Origin: Camelus ferus
Lineage: Eukaryota
NCBI RefSeq assembly: GCF_009834535.1
Contig: NC_045712.1
Coordinates: forward strand, 31,248,001 to 31,312,000
Reading direction: 5' to 3'
DNA length: 64,000 bases
How positions within the stretch are numbered: the stretch's first letter is position 1; each line of letters opens with the position of its first letter. The notes beneath the pieces are model-generated. The model was not told the origin of the DNA. It did no database searches and was given only the letters and a program-made list of their open reading frames with translations. The position numbers and the translations under genes were made by a program. Positions 24,820 to 37,429 of the stretch are shown one piece after another.

Positions 24820-26680
24820 TTCACCCCAATCATCTTGGCTTTGAAACAGTCGGTCACAACTCACCACATCAGTGGAATGAAGGGGACACATGGTCACGAG
24901 CAGGCTCAGGACGGTATCTGGTAAAATTCAACGCGCAGTCACAACGAAACTCAGCAGCTTAGCAGAGACCTGGCAGAGTCCCTGTGAAATCCCGCACTGA
25001 CGTCGCACTCGCGGTGAAATGCTGACCGTCCTCCCCTCCGTCCTCAGCCAAGGCTGCACCGCCCTCGGCGACCATTTCTAGTCACAGCTGCTCTGGAGGC
25101 ACAGCCAGTGCAACGAGTCAAGAGGAGAAGTGAAATTTTAAAAAATTCCCACCTTTGAGCTGGAAAGGAAAGAGTAAACCTGCCACGACACTCAGCAGAC
25201 ACGACTGTGGGCAGAACACATGAGCAAACCACACAGCAGTACGTGAGCCGAGAGGCAAGTTTATGAGAGCTGCAGAAGGCAAGGTCAGTATATAAAAACT
25301 AACCCTGTTCCTACACACCAGAAATAAATACAAAATAGGTGAGACGGAGTGAAAACCAATACCACGTTCGTTCATATCGAACAGCATAAAGCACACAGGA
25401 AGGGATCTAACAGAAAGGTCCGGGGTCCCTGCACAGAAACCCAGGAGACACTGCCGAGAGGCCTGGAGACAGACATGCAGGGAGACGGGAGGGGCGGGGG
25501 GACGGACACGCGGGGAGACGGGGGCGGGGGGGACGGACACGCGGGGAGACGGGGGGCGGGGGGACGGACACGCGGGGAGACGGGTGCGGGGGGGACGTGA
25601 CACGCGGGAGACGGGGGCGGGGGGGACGGACACGCGGGGAGACGGGGGGCGGGGGGGACGGACACGCGGGGACGGGGGCGGGGGGGACGCCGCGGGAGGG
25701 GGCGGGGGACGGACACGCGGGGGATGACGGGGGGCGGGGGTGACGGACACGCGGGGAGACGGGGGCGGGGGGGACGGACAGCGGGGAGACGGGGGCGGGG
25801 GGGGGACGGACAAAGGGACACTGAGGGAAGTTGGGGCGGGGGGAGGACACGCGGGGAGACGGCGGGGCGGGCAGGACGGAAACCGGGGGAGAAGCAGGGG
25901 GGGGGGAGGAAAGGCGGGGAGACGGGGGGCGAGGGGGGGGACATGCGGGGAGACGGGGGCGGGGGGGACGGACACGCGGGGAGACGGGGGGCGGGGGGGA
26001 CGGACACGGGGGAGACGGGGGGCGGGGGGGACGGACACGCGGGGAACGGGGGGCGGGGGGACGGACACGCGGGGAGACGGGGGCGGGGGGGACGGACACG
26101 CGGGGAGACGGGGGCGGGGGGGACGGACACGCGGGGATACGGGGGGGGGGGGACGGACACGAGGGGAGACGGGGCGGGGGGGACGGACACGCGGGGAGAC
26201 GGGGGGGGGGTGACGGACACACGGGGAGACGGGGGGCGGGGGGACGGGGGGACGGACACGCGGGGAGACGGGGGCGGGGGGGACGGAAGACAGGGCGGTG
26301 CTGAGACTTAAGTTCTCTCCAAATTAATCTACAGATGTTAACCCGACCAACTGATTCCAAAACTGACATAGAAATGTGAAAACCTCGAAAAGGCCCGGAG
26401 TCGTGACAGCGACGCTGCAGGACGAATGCATAAGATAATCAGGCCGACCACGTGGCCGCAGCCGCGCACAGAGGACCGCTGGCCCGAGAGAGACAGGGAC
26501 GAACAGAACAGAGACCAGGGCTGCCGCCTCCCGCACACCCACGCGACCGATGACAGCAGTCCCCTGGCTGAACGGTGGGGGCCGAAGGGCCTGTCTAGTA
26601 GACGACCCCCATGCGACACCTCACACAAAATCTAACTCACCATGGACTAGAGACCTGAATGAGAAAGATCTTTTAAAATT
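24820..26680 (+). mobile_element. Old L1 (L1M/L1ME-like) ORF2 RT-to-C-terminal fossil, interrupted by a VNTR
   Basis: ggtaaaattcaacgcgcagtcac (RT), ggtcagtatataaaaactaaccctgttcctacacacc, and ttctctccaaattaatctacagat immediately after the VNTR. Confidence 0.7.
25480..26290. repeat. About 30-bp G/CpG-rich VNTR, consensus GGGGGGACGGACACGCGGGGAGACGGGGGC, roughly 27 units
   Basis: Directly visible. G-run lengths vary between units; there is a degenerate block at about 25800-25930. Confidence 0.95.
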
Positions 26681-26689
26681 GAAGCACAG

Positions 26690-28160
26690 TATCAGTGCAG
26701 TCCTTATCAAAATCTCAGCCGCCTTTTCTCTTCTGCAGAACCATCAAAATCCATCTGAAAATCCACACAGAATCTCGAGGGACCCCAACAAAGGAGCTGG
26801 GAAAAGAACAAAGTTAGAGGATTCACATCCCTTGACTTTAAACCCACAGCGAAGCCGAGGCATCAAGTCGGCGTGGTGCTGACAGAGGTACAGACAGAGG
26901 GATGGATGCAGAGTCCAGAAACAAACCCTTATACTTGCAGTCAACTGATTTCAACACGCGTGCCGAGTCCACTCGATGGGGAAGGAACGTCTCTCAACTG
27001 ATGATGCGAATACACCAGGACATCCACGTGCAAAGGACGCTGGTCTCCTACCTCACACCACGGAGAGAAACTTAACATGGTCAGAGACCTAACTTTCAGA
27101 GCTAAGACTAGAGTATTCTTAGGAGAAAATGCAGGGGTTAATCTCCGTCATTTTCAATTTGGCAGTGGATCTTAGCTATGACACCGAAAGCATAACAACT
27201 AAAGAAAAAACAGATACACTGAAGTTCATCAAAATGGAAAAATCCTGTGTTTCAAGGGACACCATCAAGAAAGTGAAAAGGCACCCGCAGAGTGGGTGGA
27301 AGTATCTGCAAATCGTGCATCTCCTAAGAGACTCGCGTCCAGAATGCATGAAGGACTCCGACAACTCAAAAGGAAAAGGGTAAGTAAGCTAACAGGGCAA
27401 AGGGTCTAAACAGACATCCCTTCAAAGAAGACACACAGAGACCAAGAAGCCATGAAGACGCTGGGCATCACTGACCACTGGGGAAACAGAAACCAAAGCC
27501 CTGCAGAGGCGCCATTCACACCCACCAGAGTGGCCGTCATCAGGAGGGATCAGGAGGGGCCCTCACACTGCTGGGGACACAAAGTGCTGTGGCCACTCTG
27601 GAAGAGAGTCTGGCCGGACCTCAAGGGTGAAAGGTGAGAGTTACCGCCTCCGTGAACGATCCTACCAAGTAACGACAGTACAGGGGAACTGAAAACACAT
27701 GTCCCACAAGACCTCATTTGTGAATGTTCTTACAAGCATTACTCACAGTAAGCCAAATGCCATCAGCTGATGAACAGACAGACAAGATGTGGTCCACCCA
27801 CACAGTGGAATATTACTCAGCCATAAAAAGGAATGAGACACTGATACACACTACACTACAACGAACTTTGAAAACTACGCTCAGTTAAAGAAGCCAGACA
27901 CAAAGGCCGTGTGTTACCGACTCTATTTGTGAAATGTCCAGAACAGGCAACAACAGATGCAGAGACTAGATGAATGGTTTCCAGGGGCCGGGGGCCGGGC
28001 GCCAGGGAGCCGCTGCTAGTGGTGATGGCCTGGGGGGACGATGTGAACCGTTCTAGAATCAGAGGTGACGTCTGCAGAATTCTACGACTATACTAAAAAT
28101 AATAACTAGTACACCTTAAAAGCGTGAACTTTATGGAATGTGATTTACGTCCACAAAAAG
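26690..28160 (+). mobile_element. 5'-truncated L1MB/L1MC-like element (ORF2 C-terminus plus 3' UTR) nested in the older L1
   Basis: Restarts ORF2 at an already-covered position (gtccttatcaaaatctcagcc..gggaaaagaacaaagttagaggattcacat). Runs through cagtggaatattactcagccataaaaaggaatga to the 3' end ctttatggaatgtgatttacgtccacaaaaa. Confidence 0.8.
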
Positions 28161-28164
28161 TTGG

Positions 28165-29110
28165 GTTTTTTAAGTGCTTCTGGAAGCAAACAGTGAACAA
28201 CGACAAATACCTTCATGACCACAGTGGAGGGCAAGAGGTTCTAAGCAGGAAACGTAAAGGATTAAACGTAAAAGGAGTCTGATAAACGGGACTTAGCGAG
28301 CGATTACTGAGAGTGAAGGGTAGGCCCCAGCCTGGGAGAGGGAAGCTGCATTACATATTTTCGGCAAAGGACTCGATGCGAAATATATAAAGAACTCCTA
28401 CAAGCTGATAGAAAAACACAACGCAATTTTTTTTTAATAAGCAAAAGATTTGAAGTGACAGTTCACAAAGGGCCGTCTAAGTGGCCAAGGATCATTTGAA
28501 AGGGGCTCAACCTCCATCAGGAAACGCAGATTCCAACCCGTGCTTCTGTAGCTGAGCAGTGCAAATGAAACGGGGCAGCAAGACATGGCCGCGAGACGCG
28601 GGGCCCCAGAGCGCCCACACCCTCCGGGAGGAAATGTGCGCCAGCACAAGCGCCTTAGAAAGCGAGTGGGCCACTGGGCTTCTGGGCAGACACCCCACAG
28701 AGACAGCATCATGTCCACGAAACACATGCACGAGAACACCCGTCACAGCACCACTCATCAGAGCCCCTGACTGGACACGCGACACGGTCCCCGCACACCG
28801 GTCAGTGAGCGGTGGTCTCTGCAGACAGCGGATTCCCACCCAGCATCGGAAACGGGGAAACCACTGCTGATCAGGACATGGAAGGGAAGGGCACACCGCG
28901 TGCAGGAGGGAAGCCCGACCCGCGGTGGGCGAGTGGGGCCGTGTCGTGCGCGGGCAGTGCCGACCGGGAGGGCGTCAAGGGAGCCTCGCGGCTACAGAAG
29001 GGACCGCATCTTCATCCAGGTGGCGAGCACACCTGGGCAAAAGTGCACTCTACTGCTGACCTAAAGTCACTGAGCTTCCTGTGACACCTCAAAAAAATGT
29101 ATTTTAAAAA
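28165..29110 (+). mobile_element. Continuation and 3' end of the older L1 fossil
   Basis: gcttctggaagcaaac..aataccttcatgacc..aaatatataaagaactcctacaa resumes ORF2 about where 26680 left off. Confidence 0.6.
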
Positions 29111-32100
29111 TACCTTGACCAACTATGACCTCAATCCACTCGGAGGCCAGGGCTAAGGGACACTGACTGGGAAGGCATGGCCGACTGGCCTCCATATGTC
29201 CCCGCCGGTCCCCACCTGGCTCCAGGCTGCAGCTGACACTGGGCCCAGAGCAGCAGAGCCCGGCTCACGGCACACAAGTCTCTCTTCGGGAGGGACGCAG
29301 GGGAGGGCCTCCAGCCTTGCAGCCTCCACCAAAGCTGGAGCTGCCTCAGCATGCAAGACCCCGGCCCTCTGCCCTCAGACAGTGGACACGGGAAGCCAAG
29401 CTGCCCGGGAACAGGCCTGGCCGAACACGGTTCTCAGCCGACGGGCTCAGAGAAGCCTTCGGGGTGGCTGTCAGAATCCAGGCCTACGTACCTGCACTTG
29501 TTCCGGAAAAATAATCCTACAACCGGAGCCTGCGAGCCCACCTTCCCACTGTGATGCAGGGTGGTGGGGGCGCAGGGGACAGGCTGGCTTTACAGAAAGG
29601 GCACAGCCAGCGGAATGGAGGCCACTGAGACAGCTGCCCACGCCACACCCGCAGCTTCACTGCAAACTTTACACACCCACCTTCACACCTGCCCGGCCTC
29701 CCCGTGGGCCTGGGAGCAGCCCCAGCAGGTGTGCAGACCACAGCCCCACGGGAGACATCCCGGTCTACGGCCCACCGAGGCCTCCTCAGACCCACTGGCA
29801 ATGCCGAGAGCCCAGTGCCAGAGGGCCAGGCAGTCCCAGAGACGTGGGGTGCCGGGGCCAGGCTGCTGACCCCCTCCCTGTCGAAGGGAGCCCCGGTTGT
29901 CAGGCCTGCCTGCACCGAGCGCTGGATGGTGGCGGCTGGTCCATTCACATCCACAGGCGGGAGAGCTCACCCTCCTGAGTGGTGAGCTGCGAAGGCCCCC
30001 GGGTTGCCATGGTGACTTGTATCTGAGAACACTGGGCCCACACGGATATGCTGCGGCTTCACATGCCTTCATTTCTTTCCTCTCAGAAACTACATTCACA
30101 ATAGAGTCACAATCAGTGCAGGTAATAAACGTAACAAAAGGCGGGCCAGCCGTCTCCGAGGGGACCGGCCGCCTCTGCGAGGCTGACGTGGACGCACCAG
30201 GGGACGTGCGTGCCCTTGGCAGGCACCCATGGAGCACAGAGCCCGTGACAGGCTGGGCCAGGCTCTGCAGGGGACAAGCATCCACGGTCCCAAAGCACCT
30301 GTCCACAGAGACACAGGCGATGCTCTCCACGGTCATCGCAGTAAGGGGACAGGCCAGGCTCCTCAGCCAGGCTCCCAGTCTCCCGGGGGCTCAGAGAGTC
30401 AGGAAAGGGCTGCACGAGAGAAACAGGAGGACAGACACACCCCCACTGCCAGCCAGCTCCCTGGGCTGGCTCACCTGCCCTAACACAGCGCTGGGCCCCT
30501 CAGGCCACCTTCCCGGCAGGGGAGGCTCCAGGACGAGGTGATGGCCCAAGGTTGGGGCTGGAGCACGGCCAGGCCAGGTTCCCGCCCTAGCCTTCCGATG
30601 GCACTGACCTTGACCTGGGAGACAGACTGTGTTTCCAGTAGGAAACAGCATGCTCGGGCCAACAGCAGCCCCAGGCCCAGAGGCAGCGCAGTGCGGGGCA
30701 CAGCGTGGGAGGCGGGCAGGACGCTGGCCTCCTCGGCTGACGGCAAAGATGTGGAATCACACAGTCAGCTGACGGGAGGAAGCCAGGCCCTTTACCTGGT
30801 AGCTGGCAATGCCCTAGACGTGGCTTCCAGACATCTGCCAGGAAAGCTTTTCATTAAAAAAAAAAGCCAGAGGAAAATCTCTCTGGCAAAGCCCCAAGAC
30901 ACCAACTGCCAGGAGAAAACACAGCTGCTTTCCGCAGGGCTCTGCTGCCTTCTGGCTTTTGGTCACTAAACAGGCAGGCGGCATCCCCCGAGCGCAGCAG
31001 GTAGGCAATCGCGTGGAGAGGAAGCCACTCTCCCCACCGGTGGGCCCCCGGGCACAGAGCGCAGAACAGGCGCCCCCACCCTCAGGCTCAGCCCCTGAAG
31101 GACCGATCCAGTGTCTGCACTGCAGAACCTCCAGGCCCAGTGTTTGCGGGGTGAGGGGCCCTTCGTCTCCCGCCTGAGAGGGTCACAACTGTCCCGGGGC
31201 AGCAGGGAAGGTCTCATCTTGTCCCGGCATCCTGTGCTGTCCCGCACCAGGAGCCCCTCCACTCCAGTCTCTACGGGTGATGACCCGGAGCGCCTGCTGT
31301 GGGGGCAGGAGGTGCCGCCGCACCAGGTGGAGGGGCCTGGGCCCGGGCCATGCCCTTCGGTTCTCCATCCCTGCTCCCCCTCCCCAGCGGCGGGGCCCCT
31401 CTGATCCCGGAGCTCTCGGCCCTGCCCAAGGCCCCGCTGCCCCTAAGCGCCCGTCCCCCACTTCTGGCTCCCACGGCTTTGTGGCCATCGTCCCCCTCTC
31501 CTGGTGTCCCCACTCTCACCTGACTGGGTTCGGGGAAGAAGCAGAGGTCAGTGTTGTGCTCAGCGTGTCGTTTACCTCGGGCCGCCCACACGCCCTCGGT
31601 CCTCACGCCTCCTGCCCCCGCCACTCCGCCATCGCCTCCCACAGGTCCGTCCCCACCCCAGCCGCTCTCCAACGGTGTCGGTGCAAAACACAAGTCCCAA
31701 CCCAGGACCTTGGAACGTAACCTGACTGGAGACAGGGTCTGTGCAGGGGTGATTAGGTTGAGTGAGCTCATCAGGGAGGACCCCCATCCAACAGCGCTGG
31801 TGTCTTCTAAGAGGGGACGATGTGGCGGGGAGAAGATGGCAGGTGTGACCGGCTGCGGGGGGGCCGGACCGCCCCGGGCGCCTTCACTGGACCAGTACCT
31901 CGACTGCGGACTGTGGTCCAGGCCACGAGACGGTGAATGTCCACTGGAGCCGCCCAGTTTGAGGAGGTGTGTCGCGGCGCCCCGCAGTCTCGTCGGGACC
32001 TGGACACCGTGCGCCTCCTGCGCCCTAGGCTGCCCAGCTGGGCCAGCCTCCCTCTCTGCCCTCCTGCCCACGCTGTGCTATGGAGCACCTTGGCCTCTTC

Positions 32101-32379
32101 AAGTTGGTCCACCTCCTCCTCACATCCAGGGCTTTGTCCAGGCTGCTCCCTCAGGCCTGAATTCCGCCTCTGCCCCCACTCCCCGGCCCAGCCCCAAGGA
32201 AACCCAGCCCTGCAACACCGACAACGTCCTGAACCGCCTGCTATTTCCACGTTCGTCCCAGCATGAAGGCTCCAGGAGGGGAACTACACCAGCCTGGCTG
32301 AGCAGACCCTGCACCCAGGAGCCAATCAGAAGGGGACGAACAGTCCGCAGGCGAGAGGCGTCTGTCCCTCATGGGGCGG

Positions 32380-33540
32380 CTTCTGTCCAGAGACAGTTAA
32401 AGGATTTAGTGTTGGAAAACGCCAGTCTTCCCCAAATTAAATTGTCGTTAAGGAGGCTTTTGTCAACTTGAAAAACTAATTCTGGAACTTAACAGAGTAA
32501 ATAAATGTGCAAGAATGGTGATGAAATCTTAGGATAGAATGGGGCAGGCTTCCTCCTAACAGATACTGATACGTATGACAGAGCACAGGAATTAAAGCAG
32601 CTCAGGCCTCCAAGAGAACACTGAGTCAAACGAAGCACAGAACAGCGTGCACTGTATGCTGCCGCGTGTGAAAGGGTGGAAATCGATGCATTTTCATTTT
32701 TGCTTGAATGTGCATTTAAACGTCTGGACAGACACACGAGGAACAAGTAACGGAGACGACCCTGCAAGAAAGGTGGGGCTGGGTGGGGGGCAGCCCTGGG
32801 GGCACTCTCACTGACAGTCATCCTGTACGTCTTGAATTTTCACCCATGTGACTGTCGCACTTACTGGACATTTAAATTCTGAAACCGAAGCATCTTAGCA
32901 GAAATACATTCAAGGTGCGTAGCAGGTGATGTGGATAAAAAGTCAAGAAGCAGAACCAGCACCTCCGTGAAGCACCGCACTTGTGAAAGGAAAGAGGCTC
33001 AAATCAGTGCATCAGCTGAGCACGGACGTCTTCACGGTAAACGATACCGGCACAGCTGCTGATCCACTTGAGGGAAAACACTGGCCACCTACCTCAGGGC
33101 GTCCACTCAGGTAAGTTTTAAGTAAACTGAAGACTTAAAAGTCAACAACAAAACCATAAAATTACTAGAAAAATTCCATATAACACACACATACAAAGTA
33201 ACTATTTTTCTAGAGATGGTTCTTAGAGAATAATCTGCAAATGTATATGACAGTTTAAAATATACACATGATTTGACTAAGCAGTGCTATTTTTAGGAAT
33301 TTAACTGAAAGGAAATAATGGACAAAAGACGCTAAGAAATAGATGTATATTTTGCACCATGTTGATTTCAAACTGGAAATAAATTAAATGTATTAGTAGG
33401 AAATTGGTTAAATAAATTACTCATGTTCACTTATGAAATTGTATGCCTCTTTTAAAAAGAAGGTGTAGACCCATAGGTGTTGACGAAAAACATCCACAAG
33501 TGTTTGTAAATCAAAGAGACTGTCTGCGGCGCGGCATGTG
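32380..33540 (+). mobile_element. Mosaic of very old L1ME-type ORF2/3' fragments
   Basis: gccagtcttcccaaattaaattgtc, cttgaattttcacccatgtgactgtc, and gtcaacaacaaaaccataaaattactagaaaaa; AT-rich and fragmented. Confidence 0.55.
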
Positions 33541-36500
33541 AAGTGCGACCCGGGGGCCACCGGACTCCCTTCTCTCCAGGTTGTGGAGTCTGGGGGCTCA
33601 CTGTCTTCTTTCTCTCCTCTGTCTTCTGACTTTCTCCCTGACCTCCTGGCCCCGAAGAAAAACGGTCCTGAGCCGGGGGTCAGGCACAGCCCAGCACACG
33701 AGAGGCCGGGGAGCCTGGGGACGGCTGCTGCAGGGGCCCTGGATTCAGGGGTGGGGACAAGCAGGCCGCCTCCGCCAGTCCCGTCTTGTCCCATCCTGTC
33801 CCATCCCGTCCCACTGGGCAGGTCCTTCCCTCCACACTCTGTCTGGTTTCCCACAGTAACACAGATCCACATTCTATCACAGAGACACGACCTGACCACA
33901 AACACAGGGCACCTTTGGGACAGAGGCCACCACCCTGTCCCGGCACCTCCTGCCCTGTCCCCCCAGTTTGGACCCCGCGGCCTCTCTCCCTGACCAAGGC
34001 ATCTACAGCTCCCAGCACCACACACTCCAGGCCTGTTTCCTTTCGTTTCTCCAGTCCCCACCGCGTTCCTGGATAAAGCTAGACTCGACGGGGCCTCCGC
34101 CCCCACGGAGCTTGTGTCCCCGGTAAGGAGCGCAGGACGCTCCTGGAAGGGGCGGCTCCAAGGCCTGAAGCTTCCTGCCAACCTGGGGGACGCTCAGGGC
34201 ACGGGAGCCAGCGCCCAAGGCATAACCCAGAAGGCGCACACACGCTGTGTTTGTCTGGGAGACGCAGACTCAGGTACCCCTGGAACACAGACCTGGGGTG
34301 GCCCAGCCTGAGTCCCCGAGAAACGCGACCAGCACGGTGCAGGGACCGGCAGCTGCCACCCAGAACGAGAGGGCCTCCTGCCCGAGAGAGGCCGGCAGAC
34401 CGAGGGCCGGACCTGGGAGGACCGAGGGGACTCGGCAGGGCCCCGCCACCCCCAGCACATAGGCTGAGCTGTCCAGAGGACGGAGGAAATGGGGGACAGC
34501 AGCCGGGAGAAGAGGCAGCTTCAGGCTGTGGAGCCTTCCCCTGGGAAGGGCCATTTCAGTTTCCATATCAAGTGCTGGTGGAACCTGAGGGAGGAGGGCC
34601 CAGCGCAGACCCTCCAGGGCCAGGGCTCCTTCCGGGAGCCCCTTTCTGCTGCCTTTAGAACCATGGGGGTCACAGGCTCCTGTGTGTGACACTTTACCTG
34701 TGACAGATGGTCACGGAGGCACAGCTGCTCAACCTCACGTGCCCAGCGTGGAGACCCCCGCACCCTCGGCGCTCAGGCAGGGAGCCCTCACCTCTGAGCC
34801 AGTCTCCCGAGAGTGCCGGCCTGCCACTCAGTTGACCCCCACCTCATAATTCTGTGCTTTGAAACGCAAAGCACAACTGACCGTCTTGTTTTTAAAGGAG
34901 ACAGAACATTTTTAAACGCACATCAGCAGCACACAGCACAGCCGGGCAAGACCCCGTCTCCCAGCACCCCCTACCCCACAAATGACCGCCCCAAAGCAGC
35001 CGCCCGCCGCCTCAGAGCCCCCACCTCCCACAGCCGAGGGCCTGCGCGGAAGGTGTGCAGGGGGGGTGTGAATTCCGGGGACGATCCCCCCACCATCCGT
35101 GCTCCTCCGAGGGGCTGGGGGTGGGGGCAGCACCTTCCATCACTTCATCCTGAGCGAGTCTGGGGATCTGACACTTTCTGATGAATGCGTGGGCCTTTTT
35201 AAAGCCCGAGTCCCTTCTGTGTTTAAGGTTCCATTTACAAAAAGAACCCGGAGGGGCAACCACAAAGTCCAGCAAGCCCACGCTCCGCGTTTTCCAGCCA
35301 CAGACAAGTGGGAACAACCACCCGGGAACAGACATGCTGGGAAGATGCCAGCCTCGCAGCAGAGCCTCGCTGTTCTCAGTGTTTCAGGGAAACTGAGCGG
35401 GGGCTGTGGCGGTGTGACCCAGGCGCACCACCGCCTGCTCCCCACGACCCCCACCCTCCACCTCCCCAGTGTGCCCCGCAGTCACTGCACAGGAAACCAG
35501 AACCGGGGCCTTCCCCTGGAAGCAGCGAGAACTCTTCCCCGGGCCCAGGTGGACAGCTGTCTCCCTGTCCATCCCCATCTGCAGTCTGGGAGACGCAGGG
35601 CATAGGCCAGTCCACCTGCTGCCACCAGGGACAGCTTGCTTGCCCAAGCCTCTGAGCCTCTGAAAAGCAGCAAGGCCAGGGAGGCCCTGGAACAGGACGG
35701 CAGAAAGCCCCTGGGGAGGGCCGCGCCTCCCCCGGGGGCCCAGATCAAAGCCCCGTGCGTGGGACGGGCGGCCCCGCACAAGAGGCCTGCATGTGCCGGT
35801 CCCCAGAGGCCTTTTCCAGCCAACAGTGAGGACCAGGGACCACAGACAGCCCAGGGCACAAGAGGTGGTCTGATGTGCTAGAGGAAACATCCTCTCTGGA
35901 CACTCACACAGGCCTCCCGACAAGGGGTCCCCAGAAGACGACAAGCCTTCTGTCAGGACACGCGAGGGCCCAGGAGCGGGACCTGCGGGGAAGAGCGCCG
36001 CCTGCAGACACAGCAGGGCGCGGTGGCCCCATCCTGGGGAGCCCCACCTGCTCCCCGCCACCCACACGCCTGCCCGGACATGAAGCACCAGGCCACGAAA
36101 CCACCCCGACTTCCCTAACGACGTCCCCGCTGCATGCAGAGAAGCGGGACCGGCCCGACAGAGCCCGGGCCTGGCTGTGGGAAAGCCGCTCTCCTCGGGA
36201 GCCAGGGAACCAGCATTCAGCCTTCGAGGGGCTCGTCTCCTCGCTCGCGTGATGAGATGACATCAAACAAAAACCCACGGCCTCTGCCTGAGTAAGAACT
36301 TTCCTTTCCAAAAAGCCCAGCCAGAAATAAAATCTGACAACCCTGTGCTCCCGGAGTGGAGTAGGACCTTCAAGGGTTAACCGTTGTTCTCTGCCCCCGT
36401 GCTCTAGTGCTCTGGAGAACACTCCCAAGAGATGGGCAAACTTAACCCAGCCAGAAAGGGAAACTCTCCAGCTTTCTGAAATACAGCTGGAAAGAAAAGG

Positions 36501-37429
36501 GAAAAGAATGCACTGAACGCCCAGTACCCGCCAAGTGCTGTGTGTGCGCATTCTTGGTTAGTGCTTCTAACACTGTGAGCCCAGGCGGGGTGCTGAGCGG
36601 TCTCGCGCAGGAGAAAACGGAGGCAGAGGCAGGACCCTGTTCCAGGGAAGGTGGCTCGCAAACCGCAGAAGAGGGGCTCACAGTGAGGTCCCTGCGCTCG
36701 GCTCTGCCAGCCCGGGAGCTCCTGGTGAGCGGGCGCACAGCCAAGGGTCGCCGTGGGGCCAGCCCTCAGCCCCCAGGATGGGCACACCTCCCTGGAGCTA
36801 AAAAGGATCAGAAATTCTTCAGCTGAAAAATAACACTGACACGAAGACCAGAGGGCCAGGCGCGTCGGCGACCATGTCGCCCCCGATGCTCCTGCTCTCC
36901 ACACCTTCACAGACCGGGACAAATGCTGGCTGCCGTCTAACTCTCCCCGCGCTGCACCGGGGGCCGACCATCAGAGGTTGGTGGGACAACGCCCCTCTTC
37001 CAGGATGCAGCTGGGACACCAACGGTGAGCACAGCCAACCAACACGAGGGCTGTGGTGGCGAGCACAGCTGCGGAGAGGAAGGCGAAGAGCTGCAGGAGC
37101 TCGCGGCACAGCTAAGGCAGAAGGGACGGCCCCCTGTCCAAGCACGTGTGTGTGCGTGTGCACTGTGCACGTAAGTTTACACTGTCTGTTACAGCATCGC
37201 CACGTCTTTTATGTGTGTGTGCGTGTGCGCACACTGTGCATGTAAGTTTACATTGTCTATCAAAGTGTCGCCACCACCTTTATCCCCCCGTTTTATTTTT
37301 TAGTGGGTTCATTACTTACTTTGCTGGAGTGCTTCCTCAAGTAATTCTCTCAGGAAATGTTTAGACGTTATAAACTTTATCCTTTCAAGTCATTCACATG
37401 AAAAAGTTTTAGAATCATACCTTTTAAAA

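Noticed and set aside
25800-25930. Degenerate A-richer block in the middle of the large VNTR, possibly an inserted element
   Set aside because: It still echoes the unit (ggacac, ggggagac) and is more likely degenerate units or consensus errors in a G-rich array; this cannot be resolved without reads.
25118-26369. Several 157-320-aa Pro-rich or Gly-rich ORFs
   Set aside because: They are translations of the stop-free 30-bp VNTR in multiple frames.
31551-32471. 306-aa ORF and overlapping ORFs
   Set aside because: GC-rich chance ORFs, with no domain and no splice or start context; the 3' end runs into an L1 fossil.
33287-33296. Second perfect MEF2 site (CTATTTTTAG)
   Set aside because: It lies inside an AT-rich L1ME fossil where chance matches are likely, with no supporting motif cluster.
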